Source of the DNA: Veleropilina oligotropha
Lineage: Eukaryota
Length of the DNA: 64,000 bases
Reading direction: 5' to 3'
Assembly (NCBI GenBank): GCA_048128005.1
Contig: JBEUKZ010000107.1
Location: 124,001 to 188,000 of the forward strand
Of the stretch, positions 34,105 to 46,247 are shown piece by piece. The notes under the pieces were generated by a model. That model searched no databases. It saw only the letters and a list, made by a program, of their open reading frames with translations, and was not told the DNA's origin. Made by a program: the position numbers and the translations under genes. Positions within the stretch are counted from its first letter, which is position 1; the number at the start of each line of letters is the position of its first letter.

Positions 34105-37100
34105 TTATACATGTAGCAGCCCTCGGGTCCATACAAGGTGTTTATACATGTAGCAGCCTTCAGGTTCATACAAGGTGTTTATACATGTAGCAGCCCTCAG
34201 GTCCATACAAGGTGTTTATACATGTAGCAGCCCTCGGGTCCATACAAGGTGTTTATACATGTAGCAGCCCTCAGGTCCATACAAGGTGTTTATACATGTA
34301 GCAGCCTTCAGGTCCATACAAGGTGTTTATACATGTAGCAGCCCTCAGGTCCATACAAGGTGTTTATACATGTAGCAGCCCTCGGGTCCATACAAGGTGT
34401 TTATACATGTAGCAGCCCTCAGGTCCATACAAGGTGTTTATACATGTAGCAGCCTTCAGGTCCATACAAGGTGTTTATACATGTAGCAGCCCTCTGGTCC
34501 ATACAAGGTGTTTATACATGTAGCAGCCTTCAGGTCCATACAAGGTGTTTATACATGTAGCAGCCCTCAGGTCCATACAAGGTGTTTATACATGTAGCAG
34601 CCTTCAGGTCCATACAAGGTGTTTATACATGTAGCAGCCTTCAGGTCCATACAAGGTGTTTATACATGTAGCAGCCCTCGGGTCCATACAAGGTGTTTAT
34701 ACATGTAGCAGCCCTCAGGTCCACACAAGGTGTTTATACATGTAGCAGCCCTCAGGTCCATACAAGGTGTTTATACATGTAGCAGCCTCCAGGTCCATAC
34801 AAGGTGTTTATACATGTAGCAGCCTTCAGGTCCATACAAGGTGTTTATACATGTAGCAGCCTCCAGGTCCATACAAGGTGTTTATACATGTAGCAGCCCT
34901 CAGGTCCATACAAGGTGTTTATACATGTAGCAGCCTTCAGGTCCATACAAGGTGTTTATACATGTAGCAGCCTTCAGGTCCATACAAGGTGTTTATACTT
35001 GTAGCAGCCCTCGGGTCCATACAAGGTGTTTATACATGTAGCAGCCCTCAGGTCCATACAAGGTGTTTATACATGTAGCAGCCTTCAGTTCCATACAAGG
35101 TGTTTATACATGAAGCAGCCCTCAGGTCCATACAAGGTGTTTATACATGTAGCAGCCTTCAGGTCCATACAAGGTGTTTATACATGTAGCAGCCCTCGGG
35201 TCCATACAAGGTGTTTATACATGTAGCAGCCCTCAGGTCCATACAAGGTGTTTATACATGTAGCAGCCTTCAGGTCCATGCAAGGTGTTTATACATGTAG
35301 CAGCCCTCAGGTCCATACAAGGTGTTTATACATGTAGCAGCCCTCAGGTTCATACAAGGTGTTTATACATGTAGCAGCCCTCAGGTCCATACAAGGTGTT
35401 TATACATATAGCAGCCTTCAGGTCCATACAAGGTGTTTATACATGTAGCAGCCCTCGGGTCCACACAAGGTGTTTATACATGTAGCAGCCTTCAGGTCCA
35501 TACAAGGTGTTTATACATGTAGCAGCCCTCAGGTCCATACAAGGTGTTTATACATGTAGCAGCCTTCAGGTCCATACAAGGTGTTTATACATGTAGCAGC
35601 CTTCGGGTCCGTACAAGGTGTTTATACATGTAGCAGCCTTCAGGTCCATACAAGGTGTTTATACATGTAGCAGCCTTCAGGTCCATACAAGGTGTTTATA
35701 CATGTAGCAGCCCTCAGGTCCATACAAGGTGTTTATACATGTAGCAGCCTTCAGGTCCATACAAGGTGTTTATACATGTAGCAGCCTTCAGGTCCATACA
35801 AGGTGTTTATACATGTAGCAGCCCTCGGGTCCATACAAGGTGTTTATACATGTAGCAGCCCTCAGGTCCACACAAGGTGTTTATACATGTAGCAGCCCTC
35901 AGGTCCATACAAGGTGTTTATACATGTAGCAGCCCTCAGGTCCATACAAGGTGTTTATACATGTAGCAGCCTTCAGGTCCATACAAGGTGTTTATACATG
36001 TAGCAGCCTCCAGGTCCATACAAGGTGTTTATACATGTAGCAGCCCTCAGGTCCATACAAGGTGTTTATACATGTAGCAGCCTTCAGGTCCATACAAGGT
36101 GTTTATACATGTAGCAGCCTTCAGGTCCATACAAGGTGTTTATACATGTAGCAGCCCTCAGGTCCATACAAGGTGTTTATACATGTAGCAGCCCTCAGGT
36201 CCATACAAGGTGTTTATACATGTAGCAGCCTTCAGGTCCATACAAGGTGTTTATACATGTAGCAGCCCTCAGGTCCATACAAGGTGTTTATACATGTAGC
36301 AGCCTTCAGGTCCATACAAGGTGTTTATACATGTAGCAGCCTTCAGGTCCATACAAGGTGTTTATACATGTAGCAGCCCTCGGGTCCATACAAGGTGTTT
36401 ATACATGTAGCAGCCCTCAGGTCCACACAAGGTGTTTATACATGTAGCAGCCCTCAGGTCCATACAAGGTGTTTATACATGTAGCAGCCCTCAGGTCCAT
36501 ACAAGGTGTTTATACATGTAGCAGCCTTCAGGTCCATACAAGGTGTTTATACATGTAGCAGCCTCCAGGTCCATACAAGGTGTTTATACATGTAGCAGCC
36601 CTCAGGTCCATACAAGGTGTTTATACATGTAGCAGCCTTCAGGTCCATACAAGGTGTTTATACATGTAGCAGCCTTCAGGTCCATACAAGGTGTTTATAC
36701 ATGTAGCAGCCCTCAGGTCCATACAAGGTGTTTATACATGTAGCAGCCCTCAGGTCCATACAAGGTGTTTATACATGTAGCAGCCTTCAGGTCCATACAA
36801 GGTGTTTATACATGTAGCAGCCCTCAGGTCCATACAAGGTGTTTATACATGTAGCAGCCTTCAGGTCCATACAAGGTGTTTATACATGTAGCAGCCTTCA
36901 GGTCCATACAAGGTGTTTATACATGTAGCAGCCCTCGGGTCCATACAAGGTGTTTATACATGTAGCAGCCCTCAGGTCCATACAAGGTGTTTATACATGT
37001 AGCAGCCTTCAGGTCCATACAAGGTGTTTATACATGTAGCAGCCCTCAGGTCCATACAAGGTGTTTATACATGTAGCAGCCTTCAGGTCCATACAAGGTG

Positions 37101-39257
37101 TTTATACATGTAGCAGCCCTCGGGTCCATACAAGGTGTTTATACATGTAGCAGCCTCCAGGTCCATACAAGGTGTTTATACGTGTAGCAGCCCTCAGGTC
37201 CATACAAGGTGTTTATACATGTAGCAGCCTTCAGGTCCATACAAGGTGTTTATACATGTAGCAGCCCTCAGGTCCATACAAGGTGTTTATACATGTAGCA
37301 GCCTTCATGTGCATACAAGGTGTTTATACATGTAGCAGCCTTCAGGTTCATACAAGGTGTTTATACATGTAGCAGCCTTCAGGTCCATACAAGGTGTTTA
37401 TACATGTAGCAGCCTTCAGGTTCATACAAGGTGTTTATACATGTAGCAGCCTTCAGGTTCATACAAGGTGTTTATACATGTAGCAGCCTCCAGGTCCATA
37501 CAAGGTGTTTATACATGTAGCAGCCTTCAGGTTCATACAAGGTGTTTATACATGTAGCAGCCTTCAGGTCCATACAAGGTGTTTATACATGTAGCAGCCT
37601 TCAGGTTCATACAAGGTGTTTATACATGTAGCAGCCCTCAGGTCCATACAAGGTGTTTATACATGTAGCAGCCTCCAGGTCCATACAAGGTGTTTATACA
37701 TGTAGCAGCCTTCAGGTTCATACAAGGTGTTTATACATGTAGCAGCCTTCAGGTTCATACAAGGTATAAATACATGTAGCAGCCTTCAGGTTCATACAAG
37801 GTGTTTATACATGTAGCAGCCTCCAGGTTCATACAAGGTGTTTATACATGTAGCAGCCTTCAGGTTCATACAAGGTGTTTATACATGTAGCAGCCTTCAG
37901 GTCCATACAAGGTGTTTATACATGTAGCAGCCTCCAGGTCCATACAAGGTGTTTATACATGTAGCAGCCTTCAGGTCCATACAAGGTGTTTATACATGTA
38001 GCAGCCCTCAGGTCCATACAAGGTGTTTATACATGTAGCAGCCTTCAGGTCCATACAAGGTGTTTATACATGTAGCAGCCCTCAGGTCCATACAAGGTGT
38101 TTATACATGTAGCAGCCTTCAGGTTCATACAAGGTGTTTATACATGTAGCAGCCTTCAGGTCCATACAAGGTGTTTATACATGTAGCAGCCTTCAGGTCC
38201 ATACAAGGTGTTTATACATGTAGCAGCCCTCAGGTCCATACAAGGTGTTTATACATGTAGCAGCCTTCAGGTCCATACAAGGTGTTTATACATGTAGCAG
38301 CCCTCAGGTCCATACAAGGTGTTTATACATGTAGCAGCCTTCAGGTCCATACAAGGTGTTTATACATGTAGCAGCCCTCGGGTCCATACAAGGTTTTTAT
38401 ACATGTAGCAGCCTTCAGGTTCATACAAGGTGTTTATACATGTAGCAGCCTTCAGGTCCATACAAGGTGTTTATACATGTAGCAGCCTTCAGGTCCATAC
38501 AGGGTGTTTATACATGTAGCAGCCTCCAGGTCCATACAAGGTGTTTATACATGTAGCAGCCTTCAGGTTCATACAAGGTGTTTATACATGTAGCAGCCTT
38601 CAGGTTCATACAAGGTGTTTATACATGTAGCAGCCTTCAGGTCCATACAAGGTGTTTATACATGTAGCAGCCTCCAGGTCCATACAAGGTGTTTATACAT
38701 GTAGCAGCCTTCAGGTTCATACAAGGTGTTTATACATGTAGCAGCCTTCAGGTTCATACAAGGTGTTTATACATGTAGCAGCCTTCAGGTTCATACAAGG
38801 TGTTTATACATGTAGCAGCCTCCAGGTTCATACAAGGTGTTTATACATGTAGCAGCCTTCAGGTTCATACAAGGTGTTTATACATGTAGCAGCCTTCAGG
38901 TCCATACAAGGTGTTTATACATGTAGCAGCCTCCAGGTCCATACAAGGTGTTTATACATGTAGCAGCCTTCAGGTCCATACAAGGTGTTTATACATGTAG
39001 CAGCCCTCAGGTCCATACAAGGTGTTTATACATGTAGCAGCCTTCAGGTCCATACAAGGTGTTTATACATGTAGCAGCCCTCAGGTCCATACAAGGTGTT
39101 TATACATGTAGCAGCCTTCAGGTTCATACAAGGTGTTTATACATGTAGCAGCCTTCAGGTCCATACAAGGTGTTTATACATGTAGCAGCCTTCAGGTCCA
39201 TACAAGGTGTTTATACATGTAGCAGCCCTCAGGTCCATACAAGGTGTTTATACATGT
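34105..39257. repeat. 37-bp satellite, block 2
   Basis: Resumes at TTATACATG, in register with the end of block 1. Confidence 0.98.
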
Positions 39258-39660
39258 CAATCAATCAATCAATATTTTTATTTAGCCTTTTTTTTCCGGT
39301 TACAAAACAGTAAAGGAATATTAGATGATAGAGTAATATACAAATGAACCGGAAAGTGATATACATACAGAACAAAATAATAAAATATTGGTATACATAT
39401 GATTTCAAATATCACGATAAGCAGGCAAGGAGACACGTCTAAGAAACCTCAAGAGGCTTGTAAGGCGACGGGCCACCATCTATGTGCATAGTATAGTGAT
39501 TAAAGTTATGCTACAATATATACATTAAATTCAATTAAATACACATATGATAGAATATCACATTAATAAGGGCACATTGTTATAGAAAATGATGATGAAA
39601 ATGGAATAAGAGAAGGATAGTTGTGGTTTAGAGAAAAAGAGTGCATTAACATATATTCAG

Positions 39661-42600
39661 TTAATGGATGTATGATTCAGCCCAATTGGTAATTAAGAGA
39701 TAGTTTCGAAGTAATATTCTTTTATAAGAGAGTTGGAATATTCTAAGAGAACGAGATTGTTTAAGGTCATCTGGTAGAACGTTCCATAACGATGGACCAC
39801 TAAATTTAATTGTATGTTTTCTGATATTTGTACGACAGCGGATAAGATGGTACTTGTTGCTAGATCTTGTATTATGTTCATGAATGTCGCTATTTCGTAA
39901 GAAGTAGTCAGTGAAGCAGGTCGGTAATAAATGTCTATGATATGAGTACATGAACTTGGCTCTTTGGAGTCTATTTAAATCATATATCGAGAGTAAACCG
40001 AGAGAATTGAAAATTATTTGAGTATGAGCCCGGTAACTGGCACGAGTTATTATTCTAATAATGCGTTTTTGAATGATAAACATTTTAGACAATCTAGATG
40101 GATAAGTGCTTGCCCAGACAATATTGCAGTATGATATGTATGGTAATATTAGTGTGCAATATAGTGTTCGTAGAATTCTTAATGGCACTAAAGCTTTTAA
40201 TCTATTAATCACTCCTGTATTTTTAGATATTTTGCTAGTTATAATAGATATATGATTCAACCAATTAAGGTTTTCATCGATTTGAACTCCTAAAAATTTA
40301 GTTGAAGTAACTTTGGTTAATACAGTGTCGTCAATTTTAATGTTAATATTTTCAGCCATCAGCTTAGAACGGGTATTACAGAAGAACATATAATTAGTTT
40401 TACTTATATTTAATGACAGTTTATTTGCCTTAAACCATATACTCAGATGCTTTAGTTCAGAATTAATTGTCTCTATTAATATATCTAAATTTGTATGTGA
40501 ATAAAAAATATTTGTGTCATCTGCAAATAAAATATATTTCATTAGATCTGATGAGTTGCACATATCGTTTACATATAAAAGGAATAGAAGCGGTCCTAAT
40601 ATTGACCCTTGGGGAACACCACACTTGATTAGTTTAGAAGCCGATTTACATTTATCATATACGACGTATTGAAATCTATCTGTCAAATAGCTTCCGAACC
40701 AATCAAGCTGCGTTCCTCGTATCCCATAATGTTGAAGTTTGTTTAACAGTATTGAATGATCAATAGTGTCAAAAGCTTTCGATAGATCAATGAATATGCC
40801 TGCTGTAAATTCTTTTTTGTCAGTGCCTGATGAAATTTGATCTATTAATTCTAATAATGCCATGTAAGTGGAATGATTTGATCTGAATCCATATTGTTGT
40901 TTATAAAAAATGTTGTGTTTGTCAATATATTTCATTAATCGGTTATAGACAATTTTTTCGAGTAATTTGGAAAAACATGGAAGTATCGATATAGGCCTAT
41001 AGTTATTAAATAGCTTGCTGTCTCCGCTTTTGAATATTGGCTTTACTTTTGCTATTTTTAATTGGTCAGGAACAACACCAGTTATGAGAGAAAGATTGAA
41101 CATGTGCGCTAATGGTTTACTAATGCTAGGTAGTACTTGCTTAATTATGGTAGATGATATATCATCATGCCCAGTGCTTTTACCACTTTTCAGTTGCATA
41201 CCTACATTTTCAATTTCTGTATTGTCTGTTGGAAAAAAGTAAAAAGAATCAGTATAGTTTCCAGTTAGAAATGAAGAGAAGGATTTCGAAACAGGGGGAA
41301 TAGTTGAGGCTAAAGTCGATCCAATATTGACGAAATAGTCGTTAAATTTCTGACCGATTTCTTTTGGATCAGAAACTAGTTGGTCATTAAGTTTAAAAAT
41401 TCTTGATATATTATCTTTTAGTCCATTTTTATTGAGTACACGTTTGATTTCCTTCCATGTCTGCTTTAAATCATGCTTGGCTAATTCAAAACGTTCGGCG
41501 TTAAATTTTGATTTGGATATCCTAATTAAATGGGTAAGTTTGTTTTTATATGCTATATATTTATCATGACTTGATTCAGTTCTCTGTTTAAGGTACTCTC
41601 TGTACAGTTTATTTTTGCGATTGGATGATATTACTAGGCTTCGTGTCATATATGGTTTAAGGGAGTGTGTTCTGTTGTTGTTTTTTATTCTTCTTAGTGG
41701 TATGTTATTGTTGAGTAATATATTAAATTGTTCCATGAATAATTCGTAAGCATCGTTTGCGTTGGTTTGAGAAAAAACCGTTTCCCATTTGTAGTTTTGC
41801 AGCGCAACATTTAGTTTTTCAATATTTTCTTTCGTGTTTAGACGTTTATATACGTACGACTCCGTTGCATGCGTAGTAACCTTAAGATCAATTATTAGAA
41901 AAACAGGGAGGTGATCGGATATATCAGTGATAAGAATACCACTTTGAATATCAGCATCAATCATATTTGTGAAAATAATGTCTATAAGTGTAGCAGTAGT
42001 ATTTGTAATTCGTGTAGGTTTTGTAATGGTAGGGTATAGTGAATGGGTTAACATTAGATTAATGAAGTTCTCTGTCGGTGGATGATTTTCATAATTCAGA
42101 ATATTAAGGTTGAAGTCTCCAGAAACAATCACGTTTTTGTTTTCCTTATCTGCTATCGTCAGTTGACTTGCAATGTTATCTGTGAATACTGATACGTCAT
42201 GATTTGGTGGCCTGTAAACTACACCATATATAATATTTTTTGACGACTTCTGCTCAATCTCTAAGTATAATGATTCAATATCATCTTGAAAAATATTAAG
42301 GTCATGTCTTATTTTATATTGAATATTATCTTTAATATATACACCAACGCCGCCTCCAGTTTTATTTGATCTAGATTTGGTGATGAGCTTATAATTTTTA
42401 ATTGAATATAAGTCAGCGTCTTCGTCAGTAGTAGTCCAAGTTTCAGTTAGGGCAATGATAGAAAAGGGTTGTTTGATAAGGGATAGATAATCACATATTT
42501 TGTCATGGTTCTTTTTCAAGCTTCTGCAGTTGATATGCAGAGTGCTAAAATTGTTTACATTTGGGCCATTTGTCAAAGAATTAAATTCCTCTTCGATCAT

Positions 42601-42978
42601 GTATTTCGAAATTAACTTGCCTTTAAAAGCATTAAAATAATTCATATCGGGGTCAATGTCAGGACAGTTAATTATAAATTTATTACTATTATTTTCTTCA
42701 AAAGGGTTAAAACAAATGTCAGGTAACAGTAATTTATTCATACTGGAGCCGCCGTTGGTGTATTCGAGTAAAGCAATTGAAAATTCAACCTCATCTTGTA
42801 TGTGATTAAATGGGAATATAACAGATAAACATGTATTACAAAAGTGGGATTCTCTGTCGTTGTCAGGTGTACATTTCATATGAGTTAAACAGTAACAATA
42901 AGAACATGTTATGGCTTGTTGGTTTCTAGTTATTACTTTTATACAAATTGGGCATTTGAGTTTGAGAAACAGAGACAT
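39661..42978 (-). CDS. LINE ORF2: PHD-like finger, apurinic endonuclease, reverse transcriptase (1105 aa)
   Basis: CxxC...CxxC...HxxC...CxxC; HINCRSL, LTETW, GDFN, SDHLP; NYRPISIL, GVPQGSILGP, FADDT, KFLG. Intact frame. Confidence 0.96.
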   Translation of the reverse strand: MSLFLKLKCPICIKVITRNQQAITCSYCYCLTHMKCTPDNDRESHFCNTCLSVIFPFNHIQDEVEFSIALLEYTNGGSSMNKLLLPDICFNPFEENNSNKFIINCPDIDPDMNYFNAFKGKLISKYMIEEEFNSLTNGPNVNNFSTLHINCRSLKKNHDKICDYLSLIKQPFSIIALTETWTTTDEDADLYSIKNYKLITKSRSNKTGGGVGVYIKDNIQYKIRHDLNIFQDDIESLYLEIEQKSSKNIIYGVVYRPPNHDVSVFTDNIASQLTIADKENKNVIVSGDFNLNILNYENHPPTENFINLMLTHSLYPTITKPTRITNTTATLIDIIFTNMIDADIQSGILITDISDHLPVFLIIDLKVTTHATESYVYKRLNTKENIEKLNVALQNYKWETVFSQTNANDAYELFMEQFNILLNNNIPLRRIKNNNRTHSLKPYMTRSLVISSNRKNKLYREYLKQRTESSHDKYIAYKNKLTHLIRISKSKFNAERFELAKHDLKQTWKEIKRVLNKNGLKDNISRIFKLNDQLVSDPKEIGQKFNDYFVNIGSTLASTIPPVSKSFSSFLTGNYTDSFYFFPTDNTEIENVGMQLKSGKSTGHDDISSTIIKQVLPSISKPLAHMFNLSLITGVVPDQLKIAKVKPIFKSGDSKLFNNYRPISILPCFSKLLEKIVYNRLMKYIDKHNIFYKQQYGFRSNHSTYMALLELIDQISSGTDKKEFTAGIFIDLSKAFDTIDHSILLNKLQHYGIRGTQLDWFGSYLTDRFQYVVYDKCKSASKLIKCGVPQGSILGPLLFLLYVNDMCNSSDLMKYILFADDTNIFYSHTNLDILIETINSELKHLSIWFKANKLSLNISKTNYMFFCNTRSKLMAENINIKIDDTVLTKVTSTKFLGVQIDENLNWLNHISIITSKISKNTGVINRLKALVPLRILRTLYCTLILPYISYCNIVWASTYPSRLSKMFIIQKRIIRIITRASYRAHTQIIFNSLGLLSIYDLNRLQRAKFMYSYHRHLLPTCFTDYFLRNSDIHEHNTRSSNKYHLIRCRTNIRKHTIKFSGPSLWNVLPDDLKQSRSLRIFQLSYKRILLRNYLLITNWAESYIH

Positions 42979-43207
42979 AGTAAACAGTTAGAGATAACAA
43001 TATATAAATGAAAGAATACAAATAAGAGAATACCGGGAAATAACTAATATAGTTATACGGTTAGAAAGAGAGATATGACGTTGGATAAATACGGATCAAT
43101 TTGCGGTAATAATGAAGTTGAGTGCTACTTATATTATAGTCATATGATAAATGCATACGATTATAAGGTATTTTAGTTGCAATGAGACAATAGCTGTATA
43201 TTTTTAA

Positions 43208-44044
43208 TCATTGAGTCAGTAGCTTATCGATGTTGCACCCGACATGAAGACGGTGCTTTTTCCCATTTGAATCCAGTGCGATTATTTTGCCGTTCACGAA
43301 CCACGCATCTTGGATCTGGTCATGGTTTCGCGCTCTGTTAAGCAATTTGACATTTGCAGAAGTCATGTCCTCAGCAATTCCAATGTGCTTGCCTTTCAGT
43401 TTTTTTTTATTTGCCATGATTTTTTCTTTTGAGATTCGGTGAATCAAGCGAACAATAATTGCTCTCGGCTTATCGTTATTCTGGCGACCCACTCGGTGTG
43501 CAGCGTCCACTTCGTCAGGTGTGATGTTCACACCCAGGTCTTCATTGAAGAGCGTGATTACCTCATCGCGACAGTTCTCGCCACTCAATTCAGCCAGTCC
43601 GAAAATTCTCACACATTGTTTACGCGAGTACTGTTCGAGTTCATTGCAGTTATTTCGAAGAAAGGCCATTTCACGCTCCAGCGACTCGATGTTCTCCGTC
43701 TTTAACAAAATGACTTTTTCCAGGTTCACTATCTTCGATGTCAACAAATCGTTAGTTGTTTCTAATTTGAAGATTTGGCTTGACAATTTGTCTAATCGTT
43801 GGGTTATTATTTCTTCGACTTCCTTTTTAACCGTCTGTAACACAGTATTTACCGCCGCACCGCATGCATTAGTTATAAGCGTCCGCAGCGATTCTTCTGT
43901 CACATAAAATCCCTTAGGTTTGATAGGTTCAGTTTCGACCGTAGCTTCAGATAGTTCCTCGAAAAAGTTACCTATATCCACAGATATCACTTTTTGAGGA
44001 GTATGTTGAGGATTATCTTTATTTGCAGTTTGACGGGGGCTCAC
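43208..44044 (-). CDS. LINE ORF1 (coiled coil plus RRM-like domain)
   Basis: LEQYSRK..VRIFGL, AAHRVG, PRAIIVRL and EDMT motifs. The likely ATG at 44072 is one base out of frame. Confidence 0.85.
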   Translation of the reverse strand: MSPRQTANKDNPQHTPQKVISVDIGNFFEELSEATVETEPIKPKGFYVTEESLRTLITNACGAAVNTVLQTVKKEVEEIITQRLDKLSSQIFKLETTNDLLTSKIVNLEKVILLKTENIESLEREMAFLRNNCNELEQYSRKQCVRIFGLAELSGENCRDEVITLFNEDLGVNITPDEVDAAHRVGRQNNDKPRAIIVRLIHRISKEKIMANKKKLKGKHIGIAEDMTSANVKLLNRARNHDQIQDAWFVNGKIIALDSNGKKHRLHVGCNIDKLLTQ

Positions 44045-44212
44045 CTTGTTTTTTGGTCGATGTTTTAGGCATTTTCGAGCATGTACACAGATCGTTGATT
44101 TAGATGGTTTAATAGTAAATAATTTTGCTCACAATTAAGACATTAATGTCGAGTAGTTCATAGCAACTCACCAGTGTAGATATCCATGGTCATATCTCGA
44201 TATTGATATAAT

Positions 44213-44495
44213 AGCAGCCTTCAGGTCCATACAAGGTGTTTATACATGTAGCAGCCCTCAGGTCCATACAAGGTGTTTATACATGTAGCAGCCTTCAGGT
44301 CCATACAAGGTGTTTATACATGTAGCAGCCCTCAGGTCCATACAAGGTTTTTATACATGTAGCAGCCTTCAGGTTCATACAAGGTGTTTATACATGTAGC
44401 AGCCTTCAGGTCCATACAAGGTGTTTATACATGTAGCAGCCCTCAGGTCCATACAAGGTGTTTATACATGTAGCAGCCTCCAGGTCCATACAAGG
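44213..44495. repeat. 37-bp satellite, block 3
   Basis: Resumes at AGCAGCC, in register with ...CATGT at 39257. Confidence 0.97.
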
Positions 44496-44499
44496 ACAT

Positions 44500-44880
44500 A
44501 TTATCATGGGAGGTAATTAAGCCCCGTCGTCTCTGACCAGATACAAACAACTGTGACTGTAAACTGAGCCTCAACCGTGATTCGCACGCAGTATGCTGTT
44601 AGACAGACCAATGTAGCAAGTGACTCAGGGTTCGTATCCACTTGACTACCAGAGCGGTCTTAATTAGTTGTTAAAGTGAGAGGTGTGCATAATGTAGCCA
44701 TGTATACATTTCCACTTTGTTGAGAGGAAAGGAAAGGATCGACGGGGAAACCCGCCATCTCCGATCAGCTACGGACAACTGTATTTCATAACTTGAACAA
44801 ATGTGTGCTCCCCGAGCCGAGGTTTGAACTTGCTACTGTTAGCGTCATCGGAATCAAGCCGATACCACACAACTGTTGAA
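44500..44880 (-). mobile_element. Two degenerate tRNA-derived SINE remnants
   Basis: Share ACAACTGT...ACTTGAACAAATG and GGAATCAAGCC segments with the SINE at 55880-56139. Confidence 0.5.
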
Positions 44881-45493
44881 GCAGCCTCTGTGTTGAGAGA
44901 GTCACAGTTCTAAACAAGTGCACACATCGCCATTACAATATGTATAATGTTATATTGATCATTCTTATGTAACCATCATGAAAGTCAATGTTGGCAACAT
45001 CGTTTTACAACCAGTTTTTCAGCCGTATCGTAGACACCCGGTTTAAAGTGTCACTCCAATCTGATCGACCCACATACATTAGGGATATGCCTTCTATTAG
45101 ATTAAAAGGTAGAATAAACCGCCGCTGGTCTCGAACCCAGGACCAATTAACAGCTTCGATCGAGAGTCTGACACGCTAGCCTGACTCAACCGTTGATGCC
45201 GCTTAAAGTCAATTTACAGCAAAAGTGTTTAGGATATAATTATATATAACATTCATTGAAATGATGAACACTTTGTGGCGTGAATTCTTAAGATTGTTTA
45301 CCTTCATGCCATTGCTTTTGAATGGTTGCCTTCTCACCTATTTATTTATCCATACCTCATAGCTCAGATATATATGTCTTGATGTCCCTAATCAGCTAGA
45401 TATATCTTTTGTTATTTTAATTGACAGAATATTAGCTACCGATACTGACACCCTTCCATTTATCTTAAGTCATAACACTCTGGAGAACTTAGC

Positions 45494-46247
45494 TGAGAGC
45501 ATTAACGATGCCGCACTGTCCGTGACGTACATGAGAGCATTTACGATGCCACACTGTCCGTGACGTACATGAGAGCATTTCCGATGCCGCACTCTCCGTG
45601 ATGTACATGAGAGCATTTACGATGCTGCACTGTCCGTGACGTACATGAGAGCATTTACGATGCCGCACTGTCCGTGACGTACATGAGAGCATTTACGATG
45701 CCACACTGTCCGTGACGTATATAAGAGCATTTACGAATCGCCGCACTGTCCGTGACGTATATGAGAGCATTTACGATGCCGCACTATCCATGACGTATAT
45801 GAGAGCATTTACGATGCCGCACTGTCCGTGATGTATATGAGAGCATTTACGATGCCACACTGTCCGTGACGTATCCGAGAGCATTCACGATGCCGCACTG
45901 TCCGTGACGTTTATGAGAGCATTTACGATGCCGTCCGTGACGTACATGAGAGCATTTCCGATGCCGCACTGTCCGTGACGTATATGAGAGCATTTCCGAT
46001 GCCGCACTGTCCGTGACGTACATGAGAGCATTTACGATGCCACACTGTCCGTGACGTATATGAGAGCATTTACGATGCCGCACTGTCCGTGATGTATATG
46101 AGAGCATTTACGATGCCGCACTGTCCGTGACGTATATGAGAGCATTTACGATGCCACACTGACCGTGACATATATGAGAGCATTCACGATGCCGCACTGT
46201 CCGTGACGTATATGAGAGCATATACGATGCCGTCCGTGACGTATATG
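45494..46247. repeat. Minisatellite, 38-bp unit GAGAGCATTTACGATGCCGCACTGTCCGTGACGTATAT
   Basis: Directly visible; period 38. Confidence 0.95.

Larger units (their letters stand above)
39258..44212 (-). mobile_element. Near full-length non-LTR retrotransposon of the CR1/L2 group
   Basis: 5' UTR, ORF1, ORF2, and a 3' UTR ending AATAAAAAT(ATTG)4; flanked on both sides by in-register satellite. Confidence 0.95.

Noticed and set aside
8391..44495. 37-bp repeats as a CRISPR array
   Set aside because: Units are contiguous with no spacers, there are no cas genes, and the context is eukaryotic.
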